From contig CAXHJY010001218.1 in assembly GCA_964016885.1 (NCBI GenBank), positions 1 to 35,978 of the forward strand: a DNA stretch of 35,978 nt. Direction: 5' to 3'. The position numbers and the translations under genes are program-made. Under the pieces are notes generated by a model. That model was not told where the DNA came from and searched no databases. It worked only from the letters and a program-made list of their open reading frames with translations. The DNA comes from Eledone cirrhosa (lineage: Eukaryota). This document shows, piece after piece, positions 24,789 through 35,978 of this stretch. Within the stretch, counting starts at the first letter, position 1. Each line of letters begins with the position of its first letter.

Positions 24789-27022
24789 ATCCTAAAATAA
24801 TTAATTTATCTAAAAGAGATCTTGACAATGATGAAATGCAAATTCTGTCAAAAGGACTGAAATTCACACCGATTCCAACAGTCAACCACCAAGAACTGAA
24901 GGAGGATACCCAAGAATTCTGTCGAAAATTACGTCTTGTAGAATTCTTCGCTGATAAAAATAATGAGAGTGATGAATCACTAGTAAAGAATAAATCAAAT
25001 TTCACTCCGCCAAAAGGAAGAAATATCTATCTCGACCAATACATTGACATCCTGTCTAAATTTCCTCTTAGACATAATACTAATGTTAGGCCAAACATTA
25101 ACAAATCAGAAATGTCTGCACTTAAACGTATACAAAATGATAAAACAATAATAATTAAACAAGCAGATAAAGGGGGTGCAGTTGTTATAATGGATACTGA
25201 ATACTACAAGGATTTGGTTGAGGAACAACTGAAAGACACAACATTCTATCATGAAATACCGTCAAATATAGACCACAACATCATGAAGAAGATCAACAAC
25301 CTGGCTTCAAAATACCACAACTCATTTACTGATAAGGAAAGAGACTACATCACCAATTTTGAGCCGAAACCCAGCAACCTGTATGGCCTACCGAAAGTTC
25401 ACAAGTCAAAAGAAATACAACTGGCAGTAAGAGAACAAAACAGTGTGTACATTAAATTATTACACCCAAAAGACTTAAAACTTAGACCTATTATAGCTGG
25501 TCCAACATGCCCCACTCACCGTCTAAGCAATTTTGTTGACATTATTTTGAAACCACTATGTATTCACATACCCAGTTTCATCCGGGATGATATCGACTTC
25601 CTGTCCCATCTTCCCCAAACCACGGAAACGAATTCACTTCTACTCAGTTTTGATGTGGTAAGCCTTTACACCAACATTACACATGATTTAGGAATAAAGG
25701 CGGTTAAATACTGGGTGGAAAAACATAGAGAAGTGATTCCCATTAGATTCACAGCGCCATTTATATTAGACGCAGTTAAACTTATTCTGGAAAACAACAC
25801 TTTCTTCTTAAATGGAAAGAATTACATCCAAATTAGAGGCACAGTGATGGGAACGAAGTTTGCTCCCGTTTACGCGAACTCTGTAATGGGATACTTAGAA
25901 CAACAACTCTACCAAGAAATAGAGGAAAAATATAGTACTGACTTTAGAAAGTACATTGAAAAATCTTGGAAGAGATACCTTGACGACTGTTTCATCATCT
26001 GGACAGAATCTCTAGATACTCTGGATGAGTTCAATATCCTCCTGAATAACCTACACCCATCTCTCCAATTCACAAAAGAGATGAGTAGGACCAAATTACC
26101 ATTCCTAGATATAATGATAATCAAAAACGACACCACCATTACCACGGATATATATTATAAACACACAGACACCCATCAATATCTGAATTTTAAGTCGTGC
26201 CATCCACCTCATACAAAACGCAACATCCCATACTGCCTAGCCAGAAGAATTTGTACCATTGTAGAAGATACGAATACCAGGTACAAACGCCTAACAGAAC
26301 TAAGAGAATTTTTGCTCAAACAAAAATACCCATCTCTACTTATAGAAAATGGCATACAGCGGGCTATAAAAATACCTATACAACAACTTAGAACAACCCA
26401 AAGAAGAAGAAACCAAGAACTGGTCATACCATTTATAATGACACACAACCCATGTCACCAGAATATCTTCAACACTGCCAAAGCAAACCTACCGATCATT
26501 GCTCAAAGTAATGAATTAAAAGGCTTAATCACAGATCGATCTTTGACTCTTAGTAAAAGACAGCCAAAAAATTTGAAGCAATTGCTAACAAAAGCAAAGT
26601 TTGACCTTAACAACAAAGACCAATCATTCACTGTATCTAAATGCAATGATAATCGATGCGGCACATGTCAATCCATACACGCCGGTCAATATATGAAAAC
26701 AAAAACTGGAAAAATATTCACAAATGCAAATATGAACTGCAAAAGCAGAAATCTAATTTACTGCATTAAATGCCCGAATTGTGAAGAACTATATGTCGGT
26801 CAAACTGGAAATGCACTATCGGAACGTGCACGGGTACACCGTCAACAAATCAGAGACCCAAATGTCCGTCAGATACCCCTAAGCGGCCACCTGGCAACAT
26901 GTGGTCAGGGAATATTTATAATATTCCCATTCTACAAATTACACAGCCCAAATGAAATCAAGAGAAAAATCAAAGAAAAGAATTTTATTGATAAATTCAA
27001 ACCCAAGCTAAATGAACAATAA
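24695..27022 (+). CDS. PLE reverse transcriptase-GIY-YIG endonuclease, intact frame (first ATG at 24836; frame open from 24695)
   Basis: IINLS (upstream of the ATG), LSKGLKFTP, KQADKGG, YGLPKVHK, LRPII, SFDVVSLYT, GTVMGTKFAP, RYLDDCF, PFLDI, C-xxx-RC-xx-C linker, LIY...C..C...YVGQT...R...H. Confidence 0.95.
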   Translation, partial: TEKNSFFNVRTTKTGKRKTPGGNIPKTAVHVDPKIINLSKRDLDNDEMQILSKGLKFTPIPTVNHQELKEDTQEFCRKLRLVEFFADKNNESDESLVKNKSNFTPPKGRNIYLDQYIDILSKFPLRHNTNVRPNINKSEMSALKRIQNDKTIIIKQADKGGAVVIMDTEYYKDLVEEQLKDTTFYHEIPSNIDHNIMKKINNLASKYHNSFTDKERDYITNFEPKPSNLYGLPKVHKSKEIQLAVREQNSVYIKLLHPKDLKLRPIIAGPTCPTHRLSNFVDIILKPLCIHIPSFIRDDIDFLSHLPQTTETNSLLLSFDVVSLYTNITHDLGIKAVKYWVEKHREVIPIRFTAPFILDAVKLILENNTFFLNGKNYIQIRGTVMGTKFAPVYANSVMGYLEQQLYQEIEEKYSTDFRKYIEKSWKRYLDDCFIIWTESLDTLDEFNILLNNLHPSLQFTKEMSRTKLPFLDIMIIKNDTTITTDIYYKHTDTHQYLNFKSCHPPHTKRNIPYCLARRICTIVEDTNTRYKRLTELREFLLKQKYPSLLIENGIQRAIKIPIQQLRTTQRRRNQELVIPFIMTHNPCHQNIFNTAKANLPIIAQSNELKGLITDRSLTLSKRQPKNLKQLLTKAKFDLNNKDQSFTVSKCNDNRCGTCQSIHAGQYMKTKTGKIFTNANMNCKSRNLIYCIKCPNCEELYVGQTGNALSERARVHRQQIRDPNVRQIPLSGHLATCGQGIFIIFPFYKLHSPNEIKRKIKEKNFIDKFKPKLNEQ
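24710..24716 (+). promoter_or_regulatory. Candidate -1 programmed ribosomal frameshift slippery site (T TTT TTA)
   Basis: X XXY YYZ heptamer correctly phased to ORF1 (CAT TTT TTA). It lies 15 nt after the last stop (TGA 24692-24694) of the -1 frame that encodes RT. Confidence 0.65.
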
Positions 27023-27189
27023 TAACGCCTAGGGGTATTACTTCTACTACCACTATGACCACGACCACTAACAACAACAACAACAACAATAATAATAATA
27101 ATAAAAGTGATGTTGATGGTGATGATTAATAGAAAATGCTATTTTCATCATTTCAAAAAAGCAAAACAATTGATACGTTGGATATGACT

Positions 27190-27335
27190 ATTGGTCGTTA
27201 GCATGCTCAACCAGCCGTGACGCTTAAACCAATCAGCTGTAGTAATTCAGTGAAACTACACACTGATTGGTCGAAATACAGTTTACAGGGCTTTGCACTC
27301 TGGAGCCACTTTTCACTGTATAAAATGTATAAAAG
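27190..27335 (+). promoter_or_regulatory. Putative Pol II promoter in the pLTR
   Basis: Three CCAAT/ATTGG boxes (27190, 27229, 27266) spaced 37-39 bp apart, then TATAAAA twice (27319, 27328), about 65 nt upstream of the hammerhead. Confidence 0.5.
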
Positions 27336-27397
27336 GTAGGAAATTTACCCATCTCATTACAGTTGAAAATTGCAAAGTCGACTGTCACCACATATCA

Positions 27398-27436
27398 TGA
27401 ACCTGAAGATTGCGAAAGCATGAAAGTACTTGTTCA
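27398..27436 (+). ncRNA. Minimal type I hammerhead ribozyme in the 3' pLTR
   Basis: TGAAC-CTGAAGA-T-TGC(GAAA)GCA-T-GAA-AGTACT-T-GTTCA: perfect 5-bp stem I, GNRA-capped stem II, palindromic stem III. Predicted cut after 27431. Confidence 0.8.
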
Positions 27437-27556
27437 ATTAACACTTAGAATTTAATATTCTATCATACTATTTCATTATAATACCATTATATATATTTTA
27501 AAGGATTGTAAATAAAACGAGTAAATCAGACAAAGTTGGAATTCCTCTTATTAATA

Positions 27557-28348
<792 letters not shown>

Positions 28349-28464
28349 TTAAGATAAGCAGAACAAGTAAAATTCAATCAATTTTTCAAAATACATTAAA
28401 AAATATAATATAAATATTTACCTCTTCTAGTGGCCCTTACTGTCCCTGGACATATTAACTTCTA

Positions 28465-33527
<5,063 letters not shown>

Positions 33528-35978
33528 AAGGAAGCTGTGGAATCGCTTCTTGACTTCATGGATGATTTCTTCCTATCCCAACTAGTGCTCGAACCAACGA
33601 GGTGCCACAAAAACGTCCTAGACTTAATTTTCAGCAATCACACTGACAATATCCACAATATTGCAGTGGAGAAAACTCTACTCTCTGATCATGACATGGT
33701 TCTCTGTGATCTGAGTTTCCACCGTCCAATATACAAACCCAATGTCATTTCTCCTGTCCATCCGTTTGACGCTATGGATTTCCACAATGCAAACTGGGAA
33801 GCGATCAGTCATGATCTTGCACATGTCGACTGGTCCTTCACGCACACTCATACACCCACTAACATCAAAAAGTCCTGGCAGACATTTGTGGACACTGTTA
33901 CAAACATATGTGCTAAACACACCCCATTAAGAACTATAAACAAATCTAAGAGCAGAATCCCTAGAAATAGAAAAACACTCATCAGAAAAATTAAGAGAAC
34001 GAACAAAAAAATCAACAAGCTGAAATACTGTCAGCAGCAACACATCAACTTGACTGCCATTTCATCACTAGAGATTAAAAAACATAACCTCCAAAACAAC
34101 ATAATGTCCCATCAACAATCAGAGAAGAGCTGTCAGAGAAGAGCTGAAGAGGCCTGGGCCATTGAGAAGATCAAACTCAATCCCAAAGTCTTCTTTTCAT
34201 TTGCAAAAAAACACAAAATCACTGGCTCTACTGTTGGCCCTCTAATTGATGAAAATGGCACTCTTCAAGACAATGCTAAAACCATGGGTGAGATACTGCA
34301 GAAACAATACTGCTCTGTTTTCAGCAATCCTGATATGGCCGATCTGGGCTGTATCGGCGATGTTACTCCCCATTACACCTTATCGGACATAACGTTTGGC
34401 GCCCCTGATGTCTTGGCGGCAATAAAGGAAATCAAGCATAATTCAGCAGTAGGTCCCGATAGGTTCCCTGCTTGTGTCTTGAAGGCGTGTCAACACCAAC
34501 TTGCTTCTCCTCTTGCCAATCTGTGGCGGAACTCACTGGATGCTGGATATGTGCCAGAAAACCTTCTATCCCAGTCTGTTGTCCCAGTTTTCAAAAAGGG
34601 AAACAAATCCCTTGCCGTGAATTACCGTCCAATCTCACTCACCTCTCATATCATTAAGGTATTTGAGCGAGTGGTGAGATCGCGAATGACCCACTTCCTT
34701 GAGAGTAACAATATGCTGAACTCCAACCAGCATGGATTCCGTAATGGAAGGGATTGCCTGACGCAACTACTGCATCACTTTGATGACATTTTGAGAGCCT
34801 TGGGAGAGGGTTCCAACACTGATGTTATCTACCTTGATTTCAGCAAGGCCTTTGACAGGGTTGATCATAACATTCTACTGAGAAAGCTGTCCAATATTGG
34901 TGTCACTGGAGAGCTGCTGCAGTGGATCAAGAGCTTCCTGTCAAACAGAACCCAACATGTTGTAGTTGAGGGAGTCAAATCAAGCCCAGCCAAAGTCAGT
35001 AGTGGAGTCCCACAAGGCACTGTGTTGGGCCCACTTCTCTTCATCATCTATATTAATGACATCACTGACATCATCAAACACAGCAACATTAAAATTTTCG
35101 CTGATGATTCCAAGCTCCAAAAGGTCATCAATGGCGTGGATGACCGGATAAGCCTTCAGTCAGACCTACTGGCTGTTACCCAATGGGCAGAAAAGAACAA
35201 CATGTTACTGAACGAAGACAAATTCGAACTGATCCACTTTGGAAAAGAGGATGCTCTGAAACTCCCGTACTCCCTTCCCTCCGGGGAAACTCTCGTGGCA
35301 TCTAACAACATCAGAGACTTGGGAGTAACCGTGGACAGCAACATAAGCTGGACCACGCATATAAGCAGCAAAGTTGACATGGCCCGCAGAATGTGTTCCT
35401 GGATCCTCAGAACCTTCCAGTCGAGAGATTCCCGCACCATTATCCTTCTCTTCTCTACTTTCGCCCGACCACACCTTGAATACTGTTGTCCACTGTGGTC
35501 TCCCCACACGAAACAAAGTATCATGAAACTTGAAGCTCCTCAAAGGGCAATCACGAAAAAGATAGATGGCATGTCAGACCTTGACTACTGGGGTCGATTG
35601 GAAAACCTGAAACTTTACTCACTCCAACGTCGCCGTGAGCGTTATATTATCTGCATGATGTGGAAAATGTTCCATCATCACTGCCCAAATGATGTTGGCA
35701 TCGCCTTCAAGATACACCCAAGGCTTGGGCCCCGTGCTATCCGTCCCATTCAAAAATCTAAATCGCAACTCATAACAACAATACGGCACAATTATTTCAC
35801 CTCAATCGGCCCTGCTCTCTTCAACATCACACCAGGACACGTCAAAACAGAAACTGACCACACAAAATTCAAGAAGTCTTTGGACAAATTCCTCCAAGTA
35901 ATCCCGGACAAACCACCCACACCCGGATATGTCTCCGCAAACAGTAATTCTCTTCTCGAATGGGCCATGGTGCCCAAA
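33528..35978 (+). mobile_element. CR1-superfamily LINE, 5'-truncated within the APE domain; uninterrupted ORF2 fragment (817 codons) running off the window
   Basis: Manual translation from 33528 gives EPTR..VLDLIF..SDH (end of APE), [81 protein letters not shown]. No stop codon was found, which explains its absence from the ORF track. Confidence 0.92.

Larger units (their letters stand above)
22602..27558 (+). mobile_element. Penelope-like retroelement (Neptune-type) with inverted 5' pLTR and two ORFs
   Basis: RT-Zn linker-GIY-YIG ORF. 22663-23191 is the reverse complement of 27030-27558. A forward pLTR tail (equivalent to 27453-27558) starts at 23251. Confidence 0.92.
27030..27558 (+). repeat. 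3' pseudo-LTR of the Neptune-type PLE
   Basis: Follows the RT stop codon, is duplicated in inverted form upstream, and ends in TTAATATA merging with (TA)n. Confidence 0.92.

Noticed and set aside
22663-27558. DNA transposon with long terminal inverted repeats
   Set aside because: No transposase; the inverted repeat is the PLE pLTR.
28380-28432. Minus-strand CTAGAAGAGG...GAAA as a degenerate hammerhead
   Set aside because: The core has an insertion and no convincing stems.
33678-35977. Short listed ORFs in the right-hand LINE suggesting a fragmented element
   Set aside because: They are alternative-frame or antisense ORFs; the true frame from 33528 is uninterrupted.

Overview
Eukaryotic (animal, probably invertebrate) repeat DNA with no host gene. 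About half of the window is an interrupted (TA)n/(TA)nCA microsatellite, and all the 'YIYI' ORFs in the track are artefacts of it. Seven retroelement-derived islands sit in this satellite. (1) A 474-bp tandem repeat that folds back into a large palindrome (1-1804). (2) A full-length, decayed RTE-clade LINE (4140-7446, minus). (3) An ORF-less 1.4-kb island (7491-8880). (4) A 483-bp partial-tandem repeat (9432-10097). (5) A decayed Penelope-like element (PLE) of Nematis type with 1.15-kb direct pLTRs (15272-21640, minus). (6) A nearly intact Neptune-type PLE with an inverted pLTR and two ORFs (22602-27558, plus). (7) A 5'-truncated CR1-superfamily LINE whose ORF runs off the window (33528-35978, plus). 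The main hidden signal is that five unrelated families (islands 1, 3, 4, 5, 6) each carry a type I hammerhead ribozyme motif read directly from the sequence, 9 copies in total. Two of these families look like non-coding retrozyme-type units, and in one the insertion boundary falls about 5 nt from the predicted self-cleavage site. The Neptune element also has an extra upstream ORF that overlaps the RT-GIY-YIG frame across an in-frame U-UUU-UUA heptamer, suggesting programmed -1 frameshifting. All structures were folded by eye, and clade names come from motif recall rather than database searches.
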